Positions 16,101 through 29,810 of a stretch of DNA of 64,000 nucleotides are shown here, one piece after another (positions within the stretch are counted from its first letter, which is position 1; the number at the start of each line of letters is the position of its first letter). A program made the translations under genes and the position numbers. Source of the stretch: Nymphaea colorata (lineage: Eukaryota); NCBI RefSeq assembly GCF_008831285.2, contig NC_045138.2, positions 11,842,001 to 11,906,000 on the forward strand, given 5' to 3'. The notes below the pieces were generated by a model. It was not told the DNA's origin and did no database searches. It worked only from the letters and a program-made list of their open reading frames with translations.

Positions 16101-19100
16101 AAGAGCAATTTTCTGTTACGTCCCAGTGGCATGAGTGCCTCTCTTCTCTTTTTTTTCTGAGGTTCTTAAACATTTATGCAAGCACTAAAAGTTATTAATA
16201 GTGGATTCTAAAAGGTCTTTTGCAGCTTTTGTACAGCGGAGGTGATTAGTCTTTTTCAATTCCAACATAATGGTCTTATTTCATGGGTCATTACTTGAAG
16301 AATATTGCTTTACAAAATTTGTACATTAAACGTGCTAAATTTCTATGACTTATCATGTCCACCATAATCTATCTAGTGTTTCCAGTTTAATGTTTTTACT
16401 AGTTTGGAACTTTTTTAGTTTTTTTTTCCCGTTTTTTGTTCTCCATCGTCTATGTTCAAAACTTGCTTTTTGATTCTTTCAGAAAAGCACATCACCATGT
16501 GTCTATCCGTAAACTTCTGCTTACAAATTTCCATTAGATCCTCTCAAAAAGGCACAGGACCATGTATCCATCTGTAAATGTCGTGCTTAGAGAGCCACTT
16601 GCTAACCACATACCTTCCTCCGTTTCCTTTTCAAGTGGCAAACTGGTTATATACCTTCCTCCCTTTGCTTTTTGTTACAAGAGGTTTGGAGAGATAAAAA
16701 TCTATTCTAATTGTAGGCTTCAGCAAAGGAACGTTAAAGCTGGTCAGCATTTGAACCTTAGCAACAAAAATATTCAGATGATAGCCTCGTAAGAAATTTG
16801 GTAACCATAGTCTGGTCTTGATGGGTCTTCTCCTTAGTGCAGCATAAGGGTATGTGTGCATTTAGTCTTTTAAATGCAGATTTTTCTGATGCATAATAAT
16901 TGGGTTAATGTCTGCTCTCTTTGTTACAATTGGTAAATCTCCTTCTCAACTTGTAAAACTCAACTCATATTAGTGTTACGAGAATATGTATCATGGAAAT
17001 TATCCCATCTCATTGTTTATGGTATAAAATAAATAAGCTCCTTCCCTATATGAGGCTGCACAATATTCGTTATCCATGACATTGCAATGTTGTTATCTTT
17101 TTCCCATGTCTACTTGCCATTCTTCTCCAGTGGTTCCTATTCCAACAAGATACACTTCCTTCAATGACCTGAAACTGACATCATGAAGGTGCTGACTACC
17201 TTGCATAATTGGCATTATCTAATTTTACTCAAGACCAATACACAGATGGGTTTGTAAAGGCTTTATATTCTCCAAGGACCTCTCATTTTCGCTCATTATC
17301 TTAAGCTTGTGAATCAGCCATAATCAGAGATACAGAAATTTAGACACCCCAGGGACCGCGCTACAAACAGAACCAGCACCATAATCATGACCTTTAAGTC
17401 CAAACTAGGGTATTTTCAAAACATGAACTTTCAGCAATGTTGTATAATATTTCATATACATTCAACCAAACTATCAAAGATTCAAAACATAGTCATGAAT
17501 ATATGTAAAAGATCTAATCATCAATCGTTAACCTGATTCAAAGACTGTCATTCTGTTCACTTCTCAATTGACTTGGTGATGAATCTCAGCACAGTCCGAT
17601 CTGAATTCCGTACTGCAATAAAATTCATTAGACAGGGCACACATCTTAAACAAATTTCTATGACAATATTCGACAGCCAAACGAGCATCAAACCTGATAA
17701 ATCATGCTGAGATTTTGTCTTCCAGTTAGTGAGATCTCTCTACCATGTGATCATATAGGGACTCTAGTTCTTTTTTCTTCAGCAACACATCACCACAATG
17801 ACAATCCGTTTCTAGTCTGAATTGGAAATATGATTAGATTTATGCCACAGCCTTTGGGTTGGAAATTTCAACTCAAAATATCAAAGATGGCGATAAAATC
17901 TTTATTGCATCGATCTCGATCACAGCCACGACGTTCTACAAGAAAAACAATTTATTTTCCAGATTTGATCATGATGTCATCACAGACTCCTGTCAGATCT
18001 GATCACTAACTGCCGGAAGATCTCTTATAGCTTTGTTGGGCAACATTGCAAAAATAGTTATTTGGAATTTGGGGCAATTCCATATGATATAGATGTCTGT
18101 TCTTACAGCCTTTTCCGATCAATTTTCCTGACCGGTGGTCCTGCACCTAACACTTATTTGATGAGAAAGAGATGTCATATGTATGGTCAAGAGTTGAGAA
18201 AAGGAAAAATCTCCAAAATCTGACCTTGGTATAAAACTTATTTTAGAGACATGGATTTCATGTTTCAGAAACTCCATTTCTTTTAATTTCAAGAGAAATG
18301 CACCCACTATCTAAACTACTCAACCATGCAAAAGCAAAAGATTGCATTTTTGTATCTATGCATGCTACTTTCTGTTGAGTCCTTTTGTGCTTTTTCAGGT
18401 AGAAACTTCGACTGGATTCATTAAACCAGCCAGCTTTGACAGAAGCTCCAGAATTCCTGACGAGATTGTGAGGAGACTTAGAGTCAGTTTCTCATTTGAT
18501 GATCCTGCATGGAATGGCAAATTACTGGAGACTTATGATGCTCGTGAAGACAAGTTTTCTATTGCATCTTGCTGTTGGTAAATCCAATATTGTAGATTCT
18601 TAATTAATAAATAATGATTTTCTCTTTGAAATTTTATATAGATGAGATGTTCATTTTTTCTTCGTTTTCGTATATTGTGCCTCTACTTGGTCCATCTTTA
18701 TGTTAAGAAGTAGGATAAATTGCTATTAATTTTTGTATTTTCCCTTTGTACATACTTTTCTGTATTTTTTACGGCCGTTGGGATCCCAACTCTCTTGGGT
18801 CTGTCAGTGGGGTCTCTTGCCCCTCTTTTGTTATGCTTCTTTGAAGCAATACTTCATTTGTTTGTCAATCAATTATTTGGTGTCTTAGTGCAGTTTTCTC
18901 TTCTTTTTTGAGTGTTTGTGTTGAGTGAGAAATATAGATTGGCATCTATATTTGTTTCTTGTGGAGACTGAATTTCGTGCTCATTTGAGATAGCTTGAAG
19001 AATATCGGTCTATGTGTATATTTTCAGTTCTTTACATTTCAGACTTTGTATGAGCTTTTTTGTTTTTTTGTTTCCACAAGAGCTCTGAATGCCAGATGCA

Positions 19101-19184
19101 TTGGCCTAAGACCTTTAAATTGAAATAGGTGAAGATCTTGACCCCATGGGTGCATCCCTTGAGCATAATCTGGTATGGACTTGT

Positions 19185-19217
<33 letters not shown>

Positions 19218-20709
19218 TTGAAATCATCCATGGTTTGAAACCATGCACAACTTGTGGGGGGCTATCGAGATGTTTATTAACGTTGTCGTATAGTTCTAAC
19301 TGGTTTGAGAACATAACTATAAGTGGATGTTTCAGCAGATTTTCTCATATTGATGACTTTGCAGTATTGCAAGCCATAATATATTCTTATGCTATCTGCC
19401 TTTTTTTATTGCGTATGACAACATTTATCAGAAATCCGTTTTTGTGATAATTTTATGACAATTTTATATAGGCAGCTGGTGGTGATTAAATGAAGTAACT
19501 ATGAAGTCACACTTATAAGACAGCTTTGTTCCCATGGGTCCTATAAGGAGACAACTAATAAGCCATTAAGATTGTCGTATTTTTTTCTAGTGCATCACAC
19601 ATCGTGCTTCTAAATACATTCATTTTGGTGAGGAACATATGTTGTATGTTTTCGTATTTCAGGGATGTGAATTTGAAGTATCATGCACGAAAGGTTCTTC
19701 TATTGTCTGATTTGGAAGTGCTGCGATTTTGTTCAACTTCACCTGATGCTGAGAATCCTGAATTTGTAGAAAACACAAGGCGGTATCTACTCTCACCCAA
19801 GTGTTTCTTATAGCTTATATATTTTGTTTACCTGTTAAAGTTCTTATTTTTTCTCAGTTGGTTTCTTATTTATGACCTATCTGGGGAAGAAATCCTATGA
19901 TTAGTCTTAATTCCTCTTGGTTAAGGCTAGTGTGAGTATGCTGGTCCTGCTCAGTCTCTGAGAATTTGTTGTTTAGAAGGGCGGGGCAGGGGGTGGGGAG
20001 GGGGGGGGGGGGGGGGAGAGGGTTGGGGTGTTCGGGTTGGGTGAGGAGGAGGATGCAACACAATTCGTAGTGCTACCCAATGTGTTAGTATGAAGGACAT
20101 CATGAAAATAATTGGCCTAAGTTAATTTGATAGTGATAGATCACAATCGCAAAGAGATAGTACACAGGGAGGGTGGGGAGAATGCTGTTAGCCTAAAATG
20201 CCCCTTGGGAGAACTGAGGGGGCCACTCAAGCATGAGCAAATGTACAAATTATGATGGATTTTTGAAATTCGTTATTGTCATGATGATCTTGCTTCTTAT
20301 GTTTGCCATAGTAGATTATTCAGTCCATGTATGTTCTTTCCCTTTATCAGACAGATATTCTACGGTCTCTGTGTCAGATGATTCTGTTTCTTGTTGTGTT
20401 GGGCAGATGATGAACTGAAAACGTTCATTGCAGTTGTACAGCTCACACTTTGTTGGATCTAGTTTAAAGAACGACCATAAAAAGAGTGGTAGTAGCTCAA
20501 AACAGCAAGAATGTTGGTTCAAAACAACTGAAAAACAAGTCCACCACAATTGACAGAATCCAATTCTCTCACAAGCTTGCGAAGTGGACCCAGTTACATC
20601 ATTCATATAACATGCTTAGAAAAGCATAACAAAAATAGGAGTAATCTTGTCTATACGTACAAGCATGTTCGACGTGTATTATACACACACACACACACAC
20701 ACACAAACA

Positions 20710-20758
<49 letters not shown>

Positions 20759-21894
20759 ACACACACACTTGGTTGTTAACTACTTGTCAGGTTTGTCTTG
20801 ATTGTGATTGGGCCTATTATTATGGTTTTACATTCTACAAGTCAAGCCATCACATGTAGAATCTGACGAGCTGGGAACTTTTGTCACCATTGTATTTCTT
20901 ATAATTTTAAATTGCTAGGCTCATGGTGCTGATTGTGCTGCCCTGGTTGTGAAGTTTCTTAGACTTGTTCACTTGTGATACTATGTTAAATAAGTTAAAT
21001 TGGTGACCAGACATTGTTAGTTCGTACATGGCGATAACAAACCTTCGTATGGTAAAATGGATCGTAGATGTGTTCCTTATCTCCTATAATTGAAATGAAT
21101 ATACGGTGGTTAGGCGTACATCCAATGCTATAGAGTTGGGTGGAAGAAACAGTTTACATGAAGTACCCGTACGGTATTACTCTAATGAGAAAGTAATGAT
21201 TAAGATTAATGAGTGTTAACACCGTCCACACTCATGACTAAGCTAAATCTATGCTTAAACTAACTAAAACTCAAGCAAAATGTTGAACTAAAGAGAAAAA
21301 AGAGAGAAAAAACAACAAACAATTTTTTTTGTATTCTTTCATTAACTGTGTATACAAAATGAACCCACGTCCCTTTATATAGAGAAAGGGACGGATTGTG
21401 GATCTCGATCCATGTACAGGTATTGGAAACTAACTAGATCCAGTTACAGAGATGTGGATCTAGTACATAGATATTTATATTCAGGTTCAGTACTAAGGTC
21501 CAAATAACCAAACGAAATCCAAAACATAAGATGGAACTCTAAACGAACTATTAAACCTCATTATAATCCAAAATAAGTTGGATTTGGATCTATCTGCTTC
21601 TGGCTCTGCATCAGAAAGGATACATGTTATTGTTGTTAACGTACATGCAAATATGTTTACATATTTCTCTGCAGCAGCAAGGCAATGCTAAAAAGCATTT
21701 GTTTAGACGTGATGGAACAGCTTTGTAATATATCACAACTGACTTGGCTATTTCATTTTGCTAATAATAAATGTGGATTTTGCAGGGTATGTAGATATCT
21801 TGTTAAGAATCCAGATTGGAGAAAGATCTTTCCTTTGGGGAAACCTCATGTTTTCAAGAGGACTAACACTGGCGAATGGGCACGATGTGAATAG
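13101..21894 (+). CDS. NTAN1: Protein N-terminal asparagine amidohydrolase (N-degron pathway), 9 exons, 346 aa
   Basis: Exons 13101-13160, 13830-14006, 15330-15394, 15479-15575, 15663-15701, 15792-15986, 18399-18577, 19663-19782 and 21786-21894. All introns GT-AG, total 1041 nt, frame open to TAG. Recognisable plant NTAN1 motifs MIYVGG, VYVFQREYA, GTDEATTCVGLVIRN, TSVAHLDSP, VHLIGGYED and CSTSPDAE. Confidence 0.93.
21050..21613 (-). mobile_element. Probable solo/truncated LTR in NTAN1 intron 8
   Basis: The minus strand begins TGATGCAGAGCC at 21613 (LTR-like start). CTCTATATAAAGGG TATA box lies inside a 9-bp hairpin (21368-21393), followed by a CT-rich leader. Left boundary and TSD not found. 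Confidence 0.4.
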
Positions 21895-21934
21895 ATTGCG
21901 AATCACTCAATGTGACATGTTTCATTTGATTTAA

Positions 21935-22070
21935 GGGGGTATTTGGTAATGAAAATTTTGTGCTAATGTACCATGAATTTGTATAAAAAATTGGTGTTAC
22001 ATGAATTTACTCTAATCTTTAAGACAAATTCATGGAACATGAATGTGGTGTTCCTGTTACCAAATGCCCC
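21935..22070. mobile_element. Tourist/PIF-Harbinger-like MITE ~40 bp after the NTAN1 stop
   Basis: TIRs GGGGTATTTGGTAA / TTACCAAATGCCCC flanked by TAA/TTA. Confidence 0.65.
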
Positions 22071-22668
22071 TTATGCCCCTTAGGAGACTTTGTTAGCATA
22101 TATTCTCAAGTATTGCAACCCCTCCCCATGCTTCAATAAATCATTGTTCTCCAAGTGCGCCCAATAATTCATGTGCATAAGGGAGGCGTGCAAGCAAACT
22201 GGCTGCCTCTTTTTTTCTAAAATTAATATTTAATATTTTTTTTTTTTAATTCCTTAAGGGCATTGCCCCGCCGCTCTCCCTCTCCCAATGATCTTGTTTC
22301 TCGAGGGGCTAGAACTTGACCTTGGGAAAATGTAGTCTGACATCTTCCTTGACGTTTTAGTTCACGAAAGGTTTATGTTCATCGTTAGAATTGTTCTTAT
22401 TTTGCTATAATCTAGTTCTTATTGTTATGCAAATTCCGTTATTTGGTTTTATATGATGTAACCTTCCAACACCTTCTTGGAAGCATGTTTTAGTAATGTT
22501 GAATTGTTGTAAAAAAATTCACTAAATTGGTATTAGCCACAGTTTATGATGCAACGATGGTTTATAGTGGTTTTTATAATGATTTATGGTCCTTTTGGTG
22601 ACTAACTTTTAAATTTTAGCTGTCAGAGTACAGCAGCATTGACTTTTCCTCTCTCTCTCTTTCTCTCT

Positions 22669-22671
<3 letters not shown>

Positions 22672-22732
<61 letters not shown>

Positions 22733-23302
22733 AGTTGGTAAAAACCTGACCACTTGGATAAGAGACAAAAACCATACCCATTAAAATTAATTTATTATTA
22801 TTTTTGCATCTTTTTTTCTTACAAAAACACTTCTAAAGCATGATGTATACTAAATTAGTGTTTATAAACACATTAGAAAGTTCATTTTTTGTTTAAAACA
22901 CTTTTGAACATGAATACAAGAAGTTCTGTTTTTATCCCTTACCGAAGTGGTTTGGTATCTATCAATTATATATATATAATTTTTGAAGTATGAGCACTTA
23001 TTTGTATCAGTGCTAAAATATCTTATCTAAATGTGTATCTGGAAAAGCAAACATGTTTTAAAAAAATTTAAACATCATCCTTTTACGTTTGAATAAAAGG
23101 ATTCGAGTCAGAATTCTATTAAAAGAATATAACATTAAATGCATATATCCCAGTGTCAGATACTGGAGTATGGAAATATATAGGAAGCAGCTTCAGGTGC
23201 AATATGGGTAAATATTCTATAGTTCTGGATTTATTGAAACTACTTTATGAGGCATAAAAGTCCAACACTCTGAATGTCAAGTTACTAGACGTTACATTGT
23301 AA

Positions 23303-23384
<82 letters not shown>

Positions 23385-24163
23385 CCAGAATGAGATTGCT
23401 TTTAATGTTTAATTTTAGAAAACAATTAGACCAATATCCTTTGCAAGTTTGGATGAACTCGTATCAACATGTCAAAGAGCTGGAACACCGAAATTCCAAG
23501 ATATTGATAGATTAAAACCTGATTTCAGCAACATATATATATTCACTTTCTATGATTCAGGAGCTATTCAACAAATAATTTACACTATTCAAGTTTCAGT
23601 AAACAATTTACTTGTATCCTATGATTTTAGCTAAAAAGTTTCAATTCTTAATAAACGATTTAGTTATATCCTATGTTCATTCTACAGTTTTAAATGTCCA
23701 ACCATCAAAATGAAGTTGTGAATATGCAATATGACATCATAAATATTATTTTCCAGTATCCTTTGGTTTGGGTAACTCCACAAACACGTGTTTCTTCTAT
23801 GATGAGTTCTGCTTTTGAGTAGGCGATCTCGAGTATCTGTTTTCTATAATCCTTCGTTTCCTTCAGGCCACTGTGAACACTTGTTCATCTCCAAAATCTA
23901 GCATCAATTCAATCATATAAGTTTTTAAACTATGCCAACCGTTTAGTTGCTAGTGCAGTTCATGGCGTTAACTAACTTTTATGTCATTAGAAAAAAAGAA
24001 ATACGTCATCAGTACAAATGTTTCTAGAAAATATATGAAGATTTTTTTTTTGTTGGATTATGCATTACCCATTTGCACTAATGTTTCTGCATAAGACAAT
24101 GAAAGTTTGACTGACAAAATTGACACTATTACGTGTGTCCGTCACATGCTTCATCGGCATGTC

Positions 24164-24221
<58 letters not shown>

Positions 24222-25482
24222 CACGCTACAAATTGATAAAAAGAAATAGACACAGGTCGTCCATCAAATAAACAAAATAAATTAAACTAGACTAGACTAT
24301 GTTTTAGGTCTATGGTTGCTAATTGAAAATGAATTAATGACTTTCTAGACGTATTACACTAGAGTCTATTTATTACTGGCCATACTTTTCATTTTTCCAA
24401 TAAAGCTAATAATTTCTTTCAATCATGAAATTTTGTATGCTACCGAAGTTGAGAGTAATAGGACACTTAAAAACCTGCTTAGTATCATCCAAAAAAGATA
24501 AACAACAAACTGAAAAGAAAGAAAAAACATGCAGACTATATTAATGTAATACTATTTAAAAATATTTAATTTTCACTCTATTTTTCTCACTTGCTACTAA
24601 GCGTATAGTTACCTACAAGTAAAGTCCAGTGTGCTTTTATCTTTAAATGGTTTTAATTATTTTTAAAATAAAAATAAATATGTATGTTGCTACCATTTTA
24701 TACGTGTATAAAAATTTGATGCATTAATTACCCATTCAATTTTTACGTTCATTTAAATACGACAGAAAATTTGATAGTGGCAAGGTTAGTCTTTTTATTC
24801 AAAATTTCTTTTAACTATATCAATTTCCATATCTGCAATGTAACAGGCTTTTTTTTTTCCTTTTACTAAACAGTTCTTCAACTGAGTAAAGCTTATATGT
24901 CCATTGTTTATTTTTGTATTTCTAAAGTAATGCAAATTTTTGCTTTCCTAAACAATTTTTTCATGGTGATCACTGACCTACGAAGTTGGTTTCTATTGAG
25001 AATTCTTAAGTAAGGCTACTAAGACTCACTACAAGAAAAGTAATCTAATGTGATGCTGGCGGGTCTGCACCACTATTTCCTGGTACACTATCAGTTTCTA
25101 TAAAAAATATATTTCATCATTTTTGAGTTTATATAATGGTGGTGAAGTAAACAAATCACCATATTTTACATTTTCCATGTTTTAAAACTCTCTTGAGTTA
25201 TACAGTCAAATAGCGTGTGGCAACTATAGTGAACCGTTACTATTATTAAATTTCTTTCTACAATATTAGCGCATAATAAGGTGTTTATATTATTTTCAAT
25301 TGGTTTTGTAGACTTTCCATTTTTTATTTTTTGATTGCACTAAGTAACTCTATTGCACTTATTTAGTCAAATAATCTTATTAAAGTACACATGTTTGGTT
25401 TAATTAAAAAAATTGTCTAGATAATAAAAAGCTTATATGAAATGTTTGATAACAAAAAAAACTTATCTTAAATGAATTTGGA

Positions 25483-25518
<36 letters not shown>

Positions 25519-25931
25519 TATTTACAAATAACATCTTGAAGTTTTAAACGGCAAGGTTTTGTCTGGTATAATACGTCTAGCTTGAAAAAAAGGAAAAAAT
25601 ATGGTAATTTTTTTTTAAAAAAAAAACTAAAAATGGGGGGAAAATAAAATAAGTGAGAAACTAATAACACAAACATCAAAAGATAAGTAGATTTGCAGCA
25701 AATAAAAAATAAAAAATAAAAAGAAAACCGTTTAGCATTAGAAAAATTGAAAAAATGAAAAAAGTGAAAAAAACGCGAAAAACACATTTAAAAAGGCGTT
25801 AAAACACGTTTTTTTAGTTTTTAACGTTTTTTTCAAACAATCGCATTTTTTAAAGTTTTAAATGGCCATATAATTTATCACATTTTTTGTGCATTTTTTC
25901 AAAAAAAAAATGCATTTTCTGTGACTATGAT

Positions 25932-26010
<79 letters not shown>

Positions 26011-26022
26011 ATATATATATAT
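22672..26022. repeat. Cluster of (AT)n microsatellites
   Basis: Long AT runs at ~22672-22728, 23310-23381, 24166-24221, 25487-25516 and 25938-26022. Others occur at ~20713, ~41016 and ~53763. Confidence 0.9.
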
Positions 26023-26354
26023 TATTCTGATGTATCTAGCTAAAGGATGTCCCGATGACAATTCAATAAAAGTGGAATTATTTTTAATGTAACTCCTAGT
26101 TGCTTTTTGGACGTCCCTTTGTTATTTGCCGCAAATTCCTCTCATTGCCTTGGCTTGGACGCTCTCTCCATCCACATATCGGTTCGTCCTCTCTTGGGTG
26201 AGCATATTTTTCTGGAATATAGTTCCTATTAGCTATATTTTTTCCCCATTAAAATTGTAAGATCTGTGTAGTGCATAGCTTATATTTAGCTGGGACGTCC
26301 ACCATTTATTTCACTTGTTACCATTGATAGAGTTATGTTTTGAGTGACATTTCC

Positions 26355-28040
26355 TTGCAAATATCTGAAACTCTAAATGATCTTAAGGTGGTGAATTATA
26401 ATGTTAGGAGTCGCATTTATTTGCAGGTATCTGAGATTCTAAATGATCTTAAGGAGGTGAAGTTTAATGTTGTCACATTTATTTGCAGATATCTGAAATT
26501 CTAAAAGGTCATAAGGAGGAGAAGTTTATGTTAGAACTGTCAGAAGAGGAGGCTGAGAAGGCAATTGCTTGAGGAGGAAACATCTAGATGTAATGCAACA
26601 GAAATTTCTGAGATGGAAGTGTTTGAAACTGCTGCTCTCAAGTTGTGGATTCTGTCTCCCAAGACAATATTAAGACAGAGAAAATGTCTTAAGAAGCTCC
26701 TCAACAAATACCGTGGTAGCGACCAGAAGAAGGAGAACATTATATTGTTCCTCTTACACTTATTTGAGAAGCATGGAAGGTTGGTGAAAGATCAGCACCA
26801 AGAAAATGCTGATGATCAATGTAAAGAGTTTTCCACTGCTCGAGATTGTTCATATGATAGGTGTAGATACAAAGGAGATGGTACCATGCACACAGTCTCC
26901 TGTGAATAGTTTCAAAATCATATCCAATGCATTCCCGTAGCTCCTAATTCATTTAGGTGTCCCCTTTCCTTAGAAATTATGCATGATCCTGTAGTCATTG
27001 GTTCTGGTTAAACATATGAAAGAGCATGGATACAGTGGCTCGATGAGGAACATGACATATGTTTGAAAACAGGGAGAAAGTGGCCTCATCTTTCAGTGAC
27101 TCCAAATGATCGTCTGAAAAACTTCTCTAGTTGGGATGTTAAACATGGGATCACTAAGGAAGACAAAAGCATAAGACTCACACCCTCAACATCATGCCAT
27201 TGGGATGAGTCATGTTCAACCTTAGTTTCTAGTTTAGACATTTTCTTGGAAGCACCAAACTTTCTAGAAAAGAACAGAACCTCAAGACTCACTGTTGAGT
27301 TGATATCGGCAACATATCAATTGGCTCTTCATGCAGCAGTTTCTTTTCAGATTCATCATCTAACATGAGCTTTAATACTTTGAATTACAATTCATTCCAG
27401 TCACTATATTTAGCAAGTCACAAACATGGACTTCTAATCATGATTTCTTCCCCACCATTGGACTCTCAACATAAAGGAGCAGGAAACATTAAATTTCTAC
27501 TGGAGGAACCTCATGATGTTTGTAACTCCATGTTACATAATGGTTACCTGGAAGACTTGTTGAGTTTCACAAAAAGTGCATCTGAACCATCTGATCTAAA
27601 TTCACAATGTACAAGAGGACAGGCGTTTTTGTCTTTTGTGAACAAAATGGGGTAAATTCCCATATTTCACCTAATAATATTAAGTACTTATAACAGTTTA
27701 TCATACCAACTTTGCTGGTCATGCTTAAACAGTAGAATCATGGTGGCTTTAATGTTGTTTGCATCTGAAATAGCTGTATAGAAAACCAAGAACATGTTGT
27801 GGCCATACTCCTTTCTTTGTGCTCTCATAGTACTGGTCATCATGACTTGGTCTTAAGGGAGGGTATTATCCCTTCTCTTGTTAGTGTTTCTGTTACTGGA
27901 AATAAAAATGGGAAGAAAAGGTGCCCTCAAATTGCTCAAGTATCTGAGGGACCTGAGGCATAGCTATTTTGAGGAAGACATGACACCTTATATGAATGTT
28001 CGGTGTGAAATACTAATAACTCAATAATCCTTGCCCCATG
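26355..28040 (+). pseudogene. U-box/ARM E3 ligase pseudogene (PUB5/6/7/45-like)
   Basis: U-box FRCPLSLEIMHDPVVIGSG*TYERAWIQWLDEEHDICLKTGRKWPHLSVTPN, with in-frame stops at 26907-26909 and 27009-27011 and a later frameshift. C-terminal ARM segment VVAILLSLCSHSTGHHDLVLREGIIPSLVSVSVTGN at ~27796-27905. Much of the ARM exon and the 5' exons appear to be missing. Confidence 0.85.
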
Positions 28041-29810
28041 AAAAGAAGCTAGTGATAAGCATAAGCATCATTTCTTCGTATGCTTAGTTGACTATGCTTG
28101 TCTTTTGAGTTTTTGAACAAACACTGGGGATGAGAGAAGCAATTACATGCTGAGGTCATTTGCGTGTAGATAGGCATTGTAACTCTTGATTCAATTGGGT
28201 ATTTTGGCCGGTTGACAACCAAGTTGGCTGTCATGTTTGAGATCCTTCAAATCTTATGTTGGTCTTCTCATGGGTTTCATGCATGTGTGGTGGACTTCAT
28301 GCTTCATTTTGTAAGAACTTGAAAGGTCATTGAAAGTCATTGGAGTTGACAAAATATTTCTTTGTAGGTCTGCCTTCATGTTTGACTTCATCCTGCTTGC
28401 CCCTGAAACAGTATATTTTTTATGCTCAACTAAAATTAGTTTATAATTATCAAATTTACAGCAGCTTTTGGTGAATCTCAATGAGTGCAAGTGAGGTTTC
28501 ATTTCAGAGAAACATTCAATATGAGAATTAGAGAGTACATAATACTAATTCAAGGTGAAGTTTTCTTGCGGACAAACTGTGAAAAACTGGAACTACAAAA
28601 ATGAAAACAAAAAGAAACTAACTTGCAGCAGAAAGGGCAGAATTGACCTGGTCCTGCTCAAGATCTTAGCTCGTAAGGAGAAATTTACTAACAAACATAG
28701 CAAGAGTCTCCAGAGTTTCCTGTTGCTTTAGCCAAGCAACAACATTTCTAGCTGATTTCAAAGGAAGCCATGTTAATGCATGGAAACATCATAGTCTCAT
28801 ACAGAAACTCAGTAAGACATTGAAGAACAAAATTTGAAAGACATTTCATGTGGCCCTTAAACATTTGAGTGGGACTGATTAGCACTCTGGTTGTAGTGTG
28901 TTAACTTGATGCTGAAATGGGGTGGTGAGCTTTGATGCATCTCTTGGTGATCTTCATGTGACTGACTATTGTGCAACATGGTAAGCTATAGAGACCATAT
29001 TCTACGATCTGCTGAACTAACTGCTTCTACGATCTGCTGAACTAACTGCAAGAATTTGGAGTAGATTAAACATGATACACAAAAGCCGTCAGTCTTGAAT
29101 GTATCAATACTAATACCCAGCAGCAATTACAAATGTAGGAGAAACTCAATATATTTCTAATCAAAACAAATATTGTAAAAAGAAATGGCTGTCTAAAATA
29201 AGTTGATCCAGCAAGTGAAGAATAATAGCCTGGCCAATAATCTACTTTTTCACCTTCGATAGTCAACTTGTTCCATTAGTTCGTGTCAACTAACGAAGCA
29301 TGTCTCCCTGCTCCTATTGTGTCCAGCATGTCTCTCTGCTCCTATTGTGTCCATAAACACGTAACCCCTTGGACCATCCCATACTAGAAAAAAGTTACAA
29401 AAATGTTTGTCAACATACAAGAATGAAACCACTTAACTGAGGACAATACTATGCCTTACTTAAATTATTTTAAACAAATGAATAAGCATAAAATGTAAAT
29501 TATTGGAGAACCTTACCAAAGTTCATAACCCAAAATCAGCATATCTGGATGTGGAAAGCACGTGAAAAGACATCATTTTAATAATTAAAAACTGCATATT
29601 AAAGCTTACACAAGGTCAATGCAGTTTCACCAAAAACAGGAAACAATAACAATAAAAGTTGCAGCAAATACATACGTTGATCAATTATGTTTTTATCGAG
29701 AACAATCCCCATAGTCAATGGTCAAGAAAGGAAAACATGATGACGACGCATAAGATATGCAGCATCTTCTTTGGAACTTCCAATAATCCTGCCAAATTAC
29801 AGAAAGAGGG

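Noticed and set aside
16900..18200. Possible retroelement relic in NTAN1 intron 6 (weak PBS-like CTCTCTACCATGTGA near 17740)
   Set aside because: I could not identify coding motifs or LTR boundaries.
25027..25039. CACTACAAGAAAA, a canonical CACTA/En-Spm terminal motif
   Set aside because: No matching right TIR, subterminal repeats or TSD found; may be chance or a tiny relic.
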